In this document: one piece after another, positions 20,038-30,035 of the stretch
How the letters are laid out: every line of letters begins with the position of its first letter
Numbering within the stretch: position 1 is the stretch's first letter
From: a virus
IMG/VR virus record: IMGVR_UViG_3300005617_000028
Location: 1-64,000 of that record
DNA length: 64,000 nucleotides
Direction: 5' to 3' (one strand)
Position numbers and translations under genes: made by a program
Notes under the pieces: generated by a model
What the model saw: only the letters and a program-made list of their open reading frames with translations
Databases searched by the model: none
What the model was told of the DNA's origin: nothing

Positions 20038-20607
20038 ATGAAACAGGTTCTCCAGCAATTGATCGACGACGTGGACGGTTCGCCAGCCGACGAAACCATC
20101 CGTTTCGCGCTCGACGGCCGCGACTACAGCATTGATCTGAACACGAAGAATGGCTACGAGCTGCGTATGGCGCTGGACCCGTACATCGGCAAAGGCCGGC
20201 GGATCGCCGGATCCGCGCCCGCCGTGCGACGCCAGCAAAGCGCCACCGGTGGCGAGGCCGATGTGCGTAGGCAGGTCCGGGAATGGGCGAACCGTAACGG
20301 ACTTGACGTCGCTCCCCAGGGTCGCATCAGTGAGCGCGTCATGGCCGCGTGGGCGACCCGCGACCAGGCCACCACCACGGCGAAGGTCCAGCCAGCGCCA
20401 AAGGCCACCCGGCCCGCCGCCCTCGACGAGCCGGCAGCCACCGAGACGGTGACCGCCAGCGCTGACCCGCCCGCCGAGGGCCGCCGCAAGCTGTACCGCG
20501 GCGCCAAGACCACCAAGCCGGGGGCTGGCAAGCCCCGTGGTTCGGCGGGTAAGCCTGGCGGCACCAAGCCCCGTGGCGCCGCCGGTAAGGCCAGTAGCAC
20601 TGGCTGA
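20038..20607 (+). CDS. lsr2: Lsr2-family nucleoid-associated protein with basic C-terminal tail
   Basis: LIDDVDG..ADETIRFALDGRDYSIDL; VREWA..NG..V..QGRIS. Confidence 0.9.
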   Translation: MKQVLQQLIDDVDGSPADETIRFALDGRDYSIDLNTKNGYELRMALDPYIGKGRRIAGSAPAVRRQQSATGGEADVRRQVREWANRNGLDVAPQGRISERVMAAWATRDQATTTAKVQPAPKATRPAALDEPAATETVTASADPPAEGRRKLYRGAKTTKPGAGKPRGSAGKPGGTKPRGAAGKASSTG

Positions 20608-20637
20608 CGCGACAGACATCTTCTCGCAGATTCAGGG

Positions 20638-20693
20638 GCCTCGTCGGCCCGCCATCGGGGGCATGAGTGCGTACCGGGCCGACGAGGCTTTTT
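20638..20693 (+). terminator. intrinsic terminator after lsr2
   Basis: GCCTCGTCGGCCC / GGGCCGACGAGGC 13-bp stem followed by TTTTT. Confidence 0.7.
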
Positions 20694-20749
20694 GCTGCCC
20701 GCACCCACGCGCGTCGGCATGCGGCGCACCGGCGCGATTGGTAACCTGT

Positions 20750-21035
20750 TGTGTACCCCAGTCCACACGTGGAAGGAATCCCCGTCAGGGGCAGGCCCGC
20801 ACCCGCCGCCGGAGAAGCATACTCGTTGCTGCTCTGAGTGAGGGTGATTTGTACGTTCCGCAGACAGCCCGGCGACGGCGCTCGTAGGATCTGCAGAGCG
20901 GGCTTGAGGGATGGACCCGCCGACGTGAACGTACATGGCGTGTCGGATGCGGTGTGGTCGCCGTCGGACCTTCTGGTGACGGCTCTCGGCCTCAATTCGG
21001 ACGCTGCTGTGTAGGCACCGCAAACAATTCTCTGC
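20750..21035 (+). ncRNA. putative structured RNA
   Basis: Nested helices (see findings); TAACCT -10-like element at 20742-20747. Confidence 0.4.
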
Positions 21036-21116
21036 TCTATCGCATAACGGCGCGGATTCCGAGTGTTTCGAGACCGCTGCCGTGGCGAACCGTCATGTCC
21101 ATTAACGGGGGACCGC

Positions 21117-21485
21117 ATGGCGTTGGACAATATCGCTACCGCACCACCGAACTTATTCGACAGCAACAAAGGCGGGCGCCCCGCAGCCGATCCCGAGGGC
21201 CGCCGCCAAGGCCATGGCGAGCTGATGCGCGCCGCCCAGCGCCGCAAGATGGATGCGATGTTCACCGGCCGCACCTTCGACATCATCCGGCGGGTCAGCC
21301 TGCCACCCGGGAAGGTCTTCGTCACTTTCCTCGGTCACCGGGGGCGGCACGGATTCGTGCTCCAGGCCCGCGATGACGGCCAACAGCTCGTTGTCGGGGC
21401 GATCCTGCTGAAGCTCATCCACGACGAGTATCTGGCGGTGGCGCTGCCGGCCAAACGCCGACACCGCGCCGAACGCACCAGGTAG
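21117..21485 (+). CDS. hypothetical protein
   Basis: ORF with GC-rich third positions. Confidence 0.55.
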   Translation: MALDNIATAPPNLFDSNKGGRPAADPEGRRQGHGELMRAAQRRKMDAMFTGRTFDIIRRVSLPPGKVFVTFLGHRGRHGFVLQARDDGQQLVVGAILLKLIHDEYLAVALPAKRRHRAERTR

Positions 21486-21550
21486 TCACCGGCGCTGCCG
21501 GTCCATTCGTCTCCAACAATTGTTCCCGGTTTTAGGCTAGGGGCTATGGT

Positions 21551-22258
21551 GTGAAAACCGCTGACACCTGCGTGGACTATGTTTCCGCGCCCAAGGACTA
21601 TGACCAGTTACACCGCATCTACTACGACTACGTGGTGGCGTTATGCAAGCGGGCCGGCATTGAGGAAAACCGCTCGGAGGATGTCGCCAGCGATATTCTG
21701 TTCCGGTTCTTCGAGCGCGACTTCCTGCACAAGTTCAACCCCGACCTGGTGTTCCAGTACCGCGGGCAGGACAGACCGGCCCGGTTCAAATCATTTCTTA
21801 CCCAATTCGTGCTGACCTATGTTCGGGGGCACCGGGACCGGCTGATGCGTCAGACCACCCGGGAGGTCCTGATCTGCGACCGGCGTATCGGTGAGGAAAA
21901 CGGCGGGGCCGACTGGATCTCCTGGGTGGATGTGTACGGACCCACTGTGGAGGGCCCCGAAGACGGCTACATCGACACGGTGATGGAGGCGGCCCTGGTG
22001 GCCCGGCTGCGGGCCCACATCGAGACGGTGCCACGCCGTTCACCCCAGGACACCTGCAACCTGGTGGCCCTATTCGACGCGGTGATCGCCCAGATCCGGA
22101 TCAACGGACAGTGGAACATCGTCGAGCTGGGCCGGCTGTTCGGGGGAGCGTCCACCACGTCGCTGTACGGCTGGCTCTGGTGGCTGCGGGCCAACCTGGC
22201 CGACGCGATGGGCCGCCCGGTACCGGACAAGCGCCCCCGCATGGTGCGCTCGGCGTGA
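21551..22258 (+). CDS. sigma-70 region-2-like transcription factor
   Basis: EDVASDILFRFF..FNPD..FKSFLTQFV; HTH-like C-terminus. Confidence 0.55.
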   Translation: MKTADTCVDYVSAPKDYDQLHRIYYDYVVALCKRAGIEENRSEDVASDILFRFFERDFLHKFNPDLVFQYRGQDRPARFKSFLTQFVLTYVRGHRDRLMRQTTREVLICDRRIGEENGGADWISWVDVYGPTVEGPEDGYIDTVMEAALVARLRAHIETVPRRSPQDTCNLVALFDAVIAQIRINGQWNIVELGRLFGGASTTSLYGWLWWLRANLADAMGRPVPDKRPRMVRSA

Positions 22259-23061
22259 ACACCATCGGGCACACCGCGGTGGTGGACGCGCTGAGCCGCG
22301 AGCTGCCGCCGATTGCCCTCCTGCAGGGTCCTCCGGGGGTGGGCAAGTGGACTCTCACCGGCCAGCTGGCCGAACACCACGGTGTGCAGACGGTGGACCG
22401 CTTCGACAGCGCCGATCCGCTGACCACGGAAACCGCCCGCGCCGCCATCGGCTTCGCCGCCACCTACCCGCTGGGCCCGTTCAAGCTGGTCCGGCTCCGG
22501 CTGGACCAGGCCGGTCCGGCCGCGCTGCGGGTGCTGCTGAAGACCCTGGAGGAGCCACCCTCCTCGGTGCGGTTTCTGCTCACCAGCTCCGCCCCGACCC
22601 TACCCACCATCACCAGCCGCGCCCAGGTGTTCCGACTGGGCCTGCTCACCACCGACCAGGTCCGCGACGTACTGCTCCGCCGGGGCCTGACCGTCACCGC
22701 CGCGTCGAAGGCGGCGCGTACCGCACACGGACGGGTCGACCTGGCCCTGGCCAGCCTCAGCGACGGGGAAACCGCCCGCGCCGCCGTGCTGACTGTGATG
22801 CGGGCCCTGGCCGCCGGCGACCGCGACCTCTACCAACGGGCCACCCGCGGCGTCGACAGCGCCGTTCGTGACGCGCTGCTGGGCTGGCTCAGCGAAACCA
22901 TCACCGGCCGGTTCGTGACCTACACCCCGGAGGAAACCTTCGGCTGGGCCACCGACCGGCCCCGCCTCGGCCAGATCCTGGCCACCCTGCTGCACACCGC
23001 CGGCGCCCACCCCCGCCTGTCGGTACGGGCCGCCCTCGACCCGTTTCTGCCCACCACCTGA
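22255..23061 (+). CDS. holB: DNA polymerase III clamp-loader delta-prime-like subunit
   Basis: GPPGVGK Walker A; LLKTLEEPP; LPTITSRA. Confidence 0.8.
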   Translation: MNTIGHTAVVDALSRELPPIALLQGPPGVGKWTLTGQLAEHHGVQTVDRFDSADPLTTETARAAIGFAATYPLGPFKLVRLRLDQAGPAALRVLLKTLEEPPSSVRFLLTSSAPTLPTITSRAQVFRLGLLTTDQVRDVLLRRGLTVTAASKAARTAHGRVDLALASLSDGETARAAVLTVMRALAAGDRDLYQRATRGVDSAVRDALLGWLSETITGRFVTYTPEETFGWATDRPRLGQILATLLHTAGAHPRLSVRAALDPFLPTT

Positions 23062-23080
23062 AACCACCGGAGGAGAACCC

Positions 23081-23458
23081 ATGACCGACACCTACACCCA
23101 GCCCACCCTGCCCGGCCTGGAAGACGCCGGCGCGGATCTGAAGGCCCTGCGGGAAAGCAACAACCGCAAGTACGAGGCCTTGAAGAAACCCAACGCTCTG
23201 GGCACCCAACCCATCCCCGACCCGCTGGGCGTACTGGCTCTGCGGGTGGGGCTGCTCATCGAGCTGCTGGTCCCGGCGGCCGACCGCGACCGGTACGAGC
23301 TGGCCTTCGAGCAGCGGATAGCGCCCGTCCTCGACGAGTGCCTGGCCCGGCGCCAACAGCAGAATCTGGAGATACCAGCGAATCCGGAAGATGCCCGGCT
23401 GGCGATCCTCACCCCCAGCGGCCTGGTCGTCCCCGGCACCCGCGCCACCGGCGGATGA
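23081..23458 (+). CDS. hypothetical protein
   Basis: GGAGGAG RBS. Confidence 0.55.
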   Translation: MTDTYTQPTLPGLEDAGADLKALRESNNRKYEALKKPNALGTQPIPDPLGVLALRVGLLIELLVPAADRDRYELAFEQRIAPVLDECLARRQQQNLEIPANPEDARLAILTPSGLVVPGTRATGG

Positions 23459-23462
23459 CCCG

Positions 23463-24425
23463 GTGGGTACCTACAACCAGTGGCGTACCAGCACCGCTGG
23501 CGGTGAGCTTCGCCGGGTGACTTGGGTGTGTGGCGAGGAGAGCGTCCTCGTCGAAGAGGTCGTCGACACCATCGCCGCCACCCTGCGGGTCAGCCAACTC
23601 GACCATGTCCGGCTCACCGCCGGCCAGCACACTGACGCCGACATCTGGGCCGCCGCCAACCAGTACCCGCTCAGCCCGCACGCCCCCCGGCTGATTCTGG
23701 TCCGCGACGCCGACCTGATCACCCACTGGCGACCGCTGGCCGCCTGGGTGGCCGCCGGACGCACCCTGCCACACAGCCACCTGGTGCTGGTTTCGGCGCA
23801 ACCGGACCTGCCGTACCGGACGGTCGACGGCGCCCGGGCGGGGCTCCCGCCGCACCTGGAACTGGTGAAGGCGAAAGGCCGCATCGTGCGGTGCGCCACC
23901 CCCAACGAACGCGACGCGATCGCCTGGGCCCGCCGCCGCGCCCCCGGGCTGACCGACACCACCGCCGCGCACCTGCTCACCCGGGTGGGCGGGGACCTGG
24001 CCGCCGCGGCCGCGGTCTGCGCCAAGCTGGACCTCTTCGACGGCCAGCCCGCCACCGCCACCATCGACAGCCTGTGCGAACTGGCGCCGGCTGACACGTT
24101 GGTGGACAGCCTGCTGGCCCTGCGTAAAGCCGACGCGCTCACCAGCGTGGCCGCGCTGTCCGACCGGGACTACCTGAAAACGGTGGGACTGCTCGAATCC
24201 CGCCTGGACCTGTTGGGCAGCCTCTGGCGCAGTGTCCGCATCGGACTGTCCGCGCGCGACATCACCGGTCAGCCCGCGTTTCTGGTGCACCACTATCTGC
24301 CGATGGCCAAACACTACGACCCGCCCCGCTGCACGTACGCGCGCCGGCTCCTGGCCGTCTTCGACGAGGCGATCCGTACCGGCGCCCGGGTCGGCGCGCT
24401 GGAAGCGTTGGTGGCGCTGTGGTGA
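23463..24425 (+). CDS. holA: DNA polymerase III clamp-loader delta-like subunit
   Basis: WVCGEESVLVEE, PRLILVRDAD, LLTRVGGDL..KLDLF; size and adjacency to holB. Confidence 0.65.
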   Translation: MGTYNQWRTSTAGGELRRVTWVCGEESVLVEEVVDTIAATLRVSQLDHVRLTAGQHTDADIWAAANQYPLSPHAPRLILVRDADLITHWRPLAAWVAAGRTLPHSHLVLVSAQPDLPYRTVDGARAGLPPHLELVKAKGRIVRCATPNERDAIAWARRRAPGLTDTTAAHLLTRVGGDLAAAAAVCAKLDLFDGQPATATIDSLCELAPADTLVDSLLALRKADALTSVAALSDRDYLKTVGLLESRLDLLGSLWRSVRIGLSARDITGQPAFLVHHYLPMAKHYDPPRCTYARRLLAVFDEAIRTGARVGALEALVALW

Positions 24426-24784
24426 CTCGTGACGGAGCCCTCGTCTGCCTGTACGGCTGCACCTTCTACGGCGATGTCACCACGCATCTGAAAACCGCGC
24501 ACCCGCAGGAGTGGCAACGGAGGTCCACAGTGGAAGACCGGGTACAGATCTACCGCAGCGGCGGCCCCGAAAGCTGGTTCTGGCTTCGCGTCAGCCCGGA
24601 CGGCACATTCATCTGCACCGGCACCCACGGCTTCGACACCGCCATGGAAGCGGAAGCGGAAGCCCGGCGCGTCAACGCCCGTCCGTACATCTTCGAGAAC
24701 AGCAGCAGCGTTGACGACACCCTGCAGACCGACACCACTGCCGGCCTGTCGCCTCAATCACCGCAGCAGGAGGAGGCGACATGA
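24419..24784 (+). CDS. hypothetical protein
   Basis: Overlap coupling. Confidence 0.45.
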   Translation: MVTRDGALVCLYGCTFYGDVTTHLKTAHPQEWQRRSTVEDRVQIYRSGGPESWFWLRVSPDGTFICTGTHGFDTAMEAEAEARRVNARPYIFENSSSVDDTLQTDTTAGLSPQSPQQEEAT

Positions 24785-25020
24785 TGCTGTCCGGGGAGGC
24801 CGAATGGGAACGGGCCCGGGCCCGGCCCGCGTTCTCCAACGGGTTCGAGGCGGACAGCTGGATGGAGCACTGGTGTTTCCGCTGCGCCGTCGACGCCGAG
24901 GCCAACTGCCCGCTGGTGATGGTGGCCATTCTCGGTCGCACCCCGGCGCCGTGGGCGGAGGAGAATCCCCGCGGCCTGGCCGACCGCTACACCTGCTCTG
25001 AATTCGTGGCCGTGTCATGA
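24781..25020 (+). CDS. hypothetical Cys-rich phage protein
   Basis: FSNGFE..WC..C; AGGAGG RBS. Confidence 0.55.
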   Translation: MMLSGEAEWERARARPAFSNGFEADSWMEHWCFRCAVDAEANCPLVMVAILGRTPAPWAEENPRGLADRYTCSEFVAVS

Positions 25021-25307
25021 CCGACCCTGACGGCCCGTACGCCGACCTGGGCGCCATCGCTGAGATCGCCGGCAGGCTGGGTGTCAGCCGGGACCTGGTC
25101 AAATACTGGATTCTGAACCGGGAGTCCAACCAGAGCCCCGCACCGGTGTTGGTCCTCACCCGGGTGAAGATCTACCTGATAAGTGAATGGGTGTGCTGGT
25201 TCGCGATATGGAAAATCACCCGCAGTGAAGGCACCTGGTGGCCCGCCCGGATGGAGAAGCCGAGCCCCATTGATAAACCGAGCCGGGCCAAGAAACAGTT
25301 TTTCTGA
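25017..25307 (+). CDS. HTH DNA-binding protein
   Basis: GAIAEIAGRLGVSRDLVKYW. Confidence 0.6.
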   Translation: MTDPDGPYADLGAIAEIAGRLGVSRDLVKYWILNRESNQSPAPVLVLTRVKIYLISEWVCWFAIWKITRSEGTWWPARMEKPSPIDKPSRAKKQFF

Positions 25308-25470
25308 CACCAAACGCACCGCCGCTCGTTGAACCGTGCAGGCCGGTCCTGTTCCACCAGAAACACCACCGCGAGCCCGGCGCAGCCGCCGCCAACCCAC
25401 GCCAGGGAACCCCGGCTGCGCCGCTCCCGGTCTATCCAGCTATGGCGCATGGCGCGGGAGGAGGCGGCGC

Positions 25471-26127
25471 ATGGCCGTGTCACTCATCGTCGACCCCACC
25501 AGCATCCGTGACATCGCCCCCGACGTGCTGGACGACGACCAGCGCCTGCGGATCCTGCCCGCCTCCTACTGGGCGACCACAACCACCACGGAGCGGGCCC
25601 TGTTCGGCCACCGCCAGGGCCTCTACAGCTTCCCCACCGTAGAGTTGGTTGACCACGTGCGGGCCCTCATCGGCGGCCGCAGCGCCATCGAAATCGGAGC
25701 CGGGCACGGCGCGCTGGCACAGGCGCTGGACATCCCGGCGACCGACAGCCACCAGCAGAACAAGAGCCCCTACCGCGAGCTGTACGAGAAGACCGGTCAG
25801 CCCACCGTCCGGTACGGTCCGCACGTCGTCGACCTGGACGCCGCCGCCGCGGTACGTCACCACAAGCCCCAGGTGGTGATCGGCTGCTGGGTCACCCACC
25901 GGTACGACCCCGAGCGCCATTTCGCCGGCGGCAACGAAGCCGGTGTCGACGAGGAGGACATCCTCGACCACTGTGAAACCTATGTGGTCGTCGGCAACGA
26001 CACCGTCCACAAGTGGAAAGCGATCTGGGGCCGCCCGCACCACATCGAACACCCGCGGTTCCTGTACTCCCGCGCCCGTGATGTCACCGCTGACTTCATC
26101 GCCACCTGGGCGGGTACCGGCCCATGA
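25471..26127 (+). CDS. SAM-dependent methyltransferase-fold protein
   Basis: AIEIGAGHG motif I; GGAGG RBS. Confidence 0.55.
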   Translation: MAVSLIVDPTSIRDIAPDVLDDDQRLRILPASYWATTTTTERALFGHRQGLYSFPTVELVDHVRALIGGRSAIEIGAGHGALAQALDIPATDSHQQNKSPYRELYEKTGQPTVRYGPHVVDLDAAAAVRHHKPQVVIGCWVTHRYDPERHFAGGNEAGVDEEDILDHCETYVVVGNDTVHKWKAIWGRPHHIEHPRFLYSRARDVTADFIATWAGTGP

Positions 26128-26411
26128 TCTACGCGCTGCTGCGGGGCGGCACGGAAACACTGATGGTGCTGGCCGAAGACCGCGCGGACGACCAGTTCGG
26201 TCCCTACCAGGAGCTGGCGCCCGCGCTGCTGAAAGACCATCCACCGGAGCGGGTCACCTGGTTCGCGCAACACCCCAGCGGAGAACCGGTGGTGGTGGTG
26301 CCCCCGGAATTCATCACCGCGCTGCTGGAGGGTCGGGCCAATGATGCGGCGAACCTACTCCTCGACGTGATGAAAAGCCGGGGCGCCGCATGCGCGACTG
26401 AAGCCGTTTAG
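26124..26411 (+). CDS. hypothetical protein
   Basis: ATGA overlap. Confidence 0.45.
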   Translation: MIYALLRGGTETLMVLAEDRADDQFGPYQELAPALLKDHPPERVTWFAQHPSGEPVVVVPPEFITALLEGRANDAANLLLDVMKSRGAACATEAV

Positions 26412-26487
26412 AGCGGTTTTAGAGTAAGGCTCTGGAGCGGCTTTACAGTAGGTTGAGAGTACGGCGGACAGCGGGGGAGGACTGCGG

Positions 26488-27261
26488 ATGCAACACGACG
26501 TCCGCATCACCATCACCGAAAACCTGTGTGCCTGCTCCTGTCCATTCTCCGCGCACGCCCAATTCGGCGGACCCTGCCGGCGCCACCGCGACTGCACCCA
26601 TTGGCGGGAACCGCGCGCCCGGCTGGACGCCCTGCTGGACCGCGAAATCCAGGAGCTGTCCGACTTCGGCGACCAGGTCCGGCCGCGGCTGAGCACAGCC
26701 GATACCGAGGTCCTGATGTCCATGTTGGAGCGTCTGGCGCGGGACCTGGACGCCGCCGGTGATGACAAGCCCAGCCTGTTCGTGGCGTACCCGCTCCTGC
26801 CGGCCTGGTTGGACAGCTACGTCGTGGCGCGCGGAGCCTGGCGCCGGCACTTCTACGGCACCAGCCCGTTCGTGGGCATCGACTTCGTGGAGCTGGCGGT
26901 ACCCCGACGACGGTGGCGGGCGGAACCCCGCACCGCCTGGGCCCGACTGTCCACAACAGACACCCGTCAGCTGCGGCGACAGGTGCACCATCACCACAAG
27001 CCGGGCACCCCTTGCGGGCTCGTCTACGCCGACGTCCAACCCGCCGACGCGGCCGGACACATGGTCTTCTGCGTCGACCTGGACCAACGCCAGTACCTGA
27101 CCCGGGGGCGGTCCGCCCATCGGCAGGTGCAGACCCCGCAGCGCCTGGCCGAACCCGCCACCGGTGGGCCCCACGTAGGCGGGTTCACCCTGGCCCACGC
27201 CCAACACGAGCCCTGGTCGAAAGCCCTGTCCGCGATGGTGAAAACGGTGATCACGCAATGA
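26488..27261 (+). CDS. hypothetical protein
   Basis: GGAGG RBS; N-terminal CxC..H..C..C cluster. Confidence 0.55.
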   Translation: MQHDVRITITENLCACSCPFSAHAQFGGPCRRHRDCTHWREPRARLDALLDREIQELSDFGDQVRPRLSTADTEVLMSMLERLARDLDAAGDDKPSLFVAYPLLPAWLDSYVVARGAWRRHFYGTSPFVGIDFVELAVPRRRWRAEPRTAWARLSTTDTRQLRRQVHHHHKPGTPCGLVYADVQPADAAGHMVFCVDLDQRQYLTRGRSAHRQVQTPQRLAEPATGGPHVGGFTLAHAQHEPWSKALSAMVKTVITQ

Positions 27262-27271
27262 ACGCACGGCG

Positions 27272-27817
27272 ATGAGCGCGGCCGCCGCGGTTCCGCGGCC
27301 ATGGGTGTTCGACTTCAGCACTCCCGACGTGCGCCTACCACCGCGCAAGGCGCCCCTGGCACCCCCGCCGGACCGGGTGATCGGCTTCAGCGGAGCCCGG
27401 CTGATCAGCCCCGCCATGCGCAAATTCATCGTCGACTCGGTCAGCCACATGGTGGACCCCGACATCGGGTTCGTCACCGGTGCTGCCAACGGCAGCGACG
27501 CGCTCATCGGCCGGACACTGGCCCGGCTGTATCCCCAGATCCCACACATGGTCCTGGTTCCGGCCGACCGTAGCCAGGTGGACCCATGGTGGACGACCCA
27601 GCAGATCCCTATTTCCACCGTCGTCAAATACATGCCAGACGGCAGCACCTTCGCCGACCGCAACCGGGCCATCGTCGAAAACAGCCAGCAGCTCTGGGCC
27701 TACCCGCTGTGGCCTGAACACCACCCGCGGTCGCGACGCTCCGGTACCTGGCAGACAGTCCGGATAGCCCGGGTCTCCCACCGCGAGGTCATCACACACG
27801 TGCTGTCCGGCCTGTGA
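27272..27817 (+). CDS. SLOG-superfamily (YspA/DprA-like) protein
   Basis: IGFSGAR, VTGAANGSD, RNRAIV, SGTWQTVR. Confidence 0.65.
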   Translation: MSAAAAVPRPWVFDFSTPDVRLPPRKAPLAPPPDRVIGFSGARLISPAMRKFIVDSVSHMVDPDIGFVTGAANGSDALIGRTLARLYPQIPHMVLVPADRSQVDPWWTTQQIPISTVVKYMPDGSTFADRNRAIVENSQQLWAYPLWPEHHPRSRRSGTWQTVRIARVSHREVITHVLSGL

Positions 27818-27892
27818 TGACCTTGCGGGGGAGGTCAACTCCGGTCACCACGACTAGCCTGGCCCCATCCACGATGGGAAGAGGCCCCCGCG

Positions 27893-28162
27893 ATGACCGA
27901 GCGCGAAGATCAAGCAGCCGCCCGAAGAGCCGCCAGGAAAGCCGAACGGGACCGGGTGGCCGCGGAGGCCCGGGCCGCCTACATCAGGGAGACGGTGGAC
28001 GCTTTCCCACCACCCAGTCCGGAGCTGCTGGAGACGATCCGTGTTCTGATCCGCCCCGGTGTGATCGCTGCCCAGAAGGCCGCACTGGAGAAGGCCCGTG
28101 CCGAGCAGACGGCATCGTCTGGAGAACCGGATTCCAGCGGCGACCCGGTGAACAACGAATAA
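27893..28162 (+). CDS. hypothetical protein
   Basis: VDAFPPPSPELLE motif common in small actinophage ORFs. Confidence 0.5.
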   Translation: MTEREDQAAARRAARKAERDRVAAEARAAYIRETVDAFPPPSPELLETIRVLIRPGVIAAQKAALEKARAEQTASSGEPDSSGDPVNNE

Positions 28163-28524
28163 GAGCGACTGTCATTTGACGGTGGCAGTCATAGGAAAGG
28201 GGGCTGGCATGCTGTCATGGGCGAAGGCTGGTGTCTGCGAGGTGTGTACCGGCGATGCCCGGTGGCGCCTGGAGCGCCTGGGCGACGTGGTCCTGGGCTG
28301 GGCCTGTGACAAGGATCTGTCGGCCGTCGCCAGCCGGCTGCAACGTGACTGGGAAACCACCGCGCTGGTCGTCACCAAGTCCGGGCCCCGCCACGAACCA
28401 GTCGACATCGGCGCCGCCCTGGACCGGATCCCCCCGGAGCCCGACCAATGAGCCAGCCAGGCATTCAGCAGACACACTGTTAGCGTGGGTCTGACACAGG
28501 ACATGTGGCTGGAGTTGTAGGGAC

Positions 28525-28782
28525 GTGCCCGTGAGCGAACTACCTGAGCTTCCTGAGTGGGCTCAGCGCCTGCACACCGTACTCAACCGCTCAGGGCATT
28601 CGGCTGACGCCCTGCTGGCCGACAACGGTCTTTTGTGCGGTGCGGACTGGCTGACCGCGGCGCTGGACGGCACGGTCAAACCCACGGTGTCTCAGCTCGC
28701 GGTTGTGTCCGCTGTCTGCGAGGTGCCCCTTGCCGTCCTCGTTGGCCTCCGCCCGCTGACGGACATCGAGCCCGACCGGTGA
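28525..28782 (+). CDS. possible XRE-like HTH protein
   Basis: LDGTVKPTVSQLAVVS..CEVP. Confidence 0.4.
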   Translation: MPVSELPELPEWAQRLHTVLNRSGHSADALLADNGLLCGADWLTAALDGTVKPTVSQLAVVSAVCEVPLAVLVGLRPLTDIEPDR

Positions 28783-29090
28783 GCGCCCAACCAACGGGGG
28801 ACGTCATCCTGGTCGACCAGATCGAACCTGGCGTCACACCCGACTACTGCGTGCACGGGCGGGTGCCATGTATCCGCTGCGGGGAGTGGTGCTGGTTGGG
28901 TAACCGCAGCCATGACGTGGTGGTCAGCGGCCGGGCACATCCCATGTGTATGTCGTGCGCCCGCCGGCTCATCCCACCCAGCGCTGTCGGCGCCCGGGCC
29001 GGCAACGTTGGCGACCACCGACGGGCCGACGGCCCGCACACCTGACGAAAAGCCCTAAAACCGGGTGCCACGCCCACTAAGCTCGCGATC

Positions 29091-29654
29091 ATGCTCCTGT
29101 CGGACACGGACCTCGTGCAGGCGATGCACACCGGCGAGCTGGGCCTGTCTCCGTACCATCCCGACCAGATGCAGCCGGCCAGCTACGACCTGCTGCTCAG
29201 CGACGCCTTCCGCAGCTACCGGATGCCCGCCGGCACGCTGCTGGACCCACGGCAGGACCAGGAACCGCTCACCGAACTGCTCATGGTTTCGGAGGGTCAG
29301 AACATCATCCTGCCGCCGCACGGGTTCATGCTCGGCTGCACCGTGGACTCGGTCAGCCTCGGATCCGGCCTGGCCGCCCGTTTCGAAGGCAAATCCAGCC
29401 TGGGCCGGCTCGGCCTGATGACCCACTCCACCGCAGGCTTCATCGACCCCGGCTTCCACGGTCAGATCACCCTGGAACTGTGCAACGCCTCCGGCCTACC
29501 GATCGCGCTCTGGCCCGGCATGAGGATCGGCCAGCTGTGCGTGCTGCGGCTGTCCTCGCCCTGCACCCGCCTGTACGGCTCACCCGGGCTCGGTTCGCGG
29601 TACCAGGGCAACCAGGGCCCGGCCGCTAGCCGGTCCAGCCTGGGCCCCTCCTGA
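29091..29654 (+). CDS. dcd: dCTP deaminase
   Basis: QPASYDL, EGKSSLGRLG, AGFIDPGFHGQITLE, GMRIGQ. Confidence 0.95.
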   Translation: MLLSDTDLVQAMHTGELGLSPYHPDQMQPASYDLLLSDAFRSYRMPAGTLLDPRQDQEPLTELLMVSEGQNIILPPHGFMLGCTVDSVSLGSGLAARFEGKSSLGRLGLMTHSTAGFIDPGFHGQITLELCNASGLPIALWPGMRIGQLCVLRLSSPCTRLYGSPGLGSRYQGNQGPAASRSSLGPS

Positions 29655-29734
29655 CCGCGAAGGCGACCACGTCGGCACCGGTGATCTCCTCGCCCCGTAG
29701 GCCACGCGCATTCTAGACGCAGTCCAGCCCCTGA

Positions 29735-29752
29735 CGTACAGTTTCTTGTACG
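29735..29752. promoter_or_regulatory. putative YefM-YoeB operator
   Basis: CGTACA-N6-TGTACG inverted repeat upstream of yefM, resembling the TGTACA cores of yefM-yoeB operators. Confidence 0.55.
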
Positions 29753-29777
29753 GGTAGGCGAGGGGAGCTGCGAGCCG

Positions 29778-30035
29778 ATGCGCACGATGACCTACAGCGA
29801 ATCACGGGCTCACTACGCCGATGTGCTCAACCGGGTGGTCGACGACGCGGAAGAGGTCGTCATCACACGTGCAGGCCGCGAGCCCGTGGTCATCGTGTCG
29901 CTGGCCGACTACCAGCGCCTGAAGGAAACCGCCCACCTGCTGCGTAGCCCCGCCAACGCGCGACGGCTGTTCGCGGCCATCGACCAGCTGGAGGCCGGTG
30001 AAGGCAGCGTGCACGAGCTGCTTGACACGGAATGA
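29778..30035 (+). CDS. yefM: YefM/Phd antitoxin
   Basis: MTYSESRA..VVITR..ETAHLLRSPANARRL. Confidence 0.93.
   Translation: MRTMTYSESRAHYADVLNRVVDDAEEVVITRAGREPVVIVSLADYQRLKETAHLLRSPANARRLFAAIDQLEAGEGSVHELLDTE

Noticed and set aside
20701-20747. Faint resemblance to actinobacterial Ms1 RNA segments
   Set aside because: Only short words recalled from memory; cannot be supported without a covariance-model search
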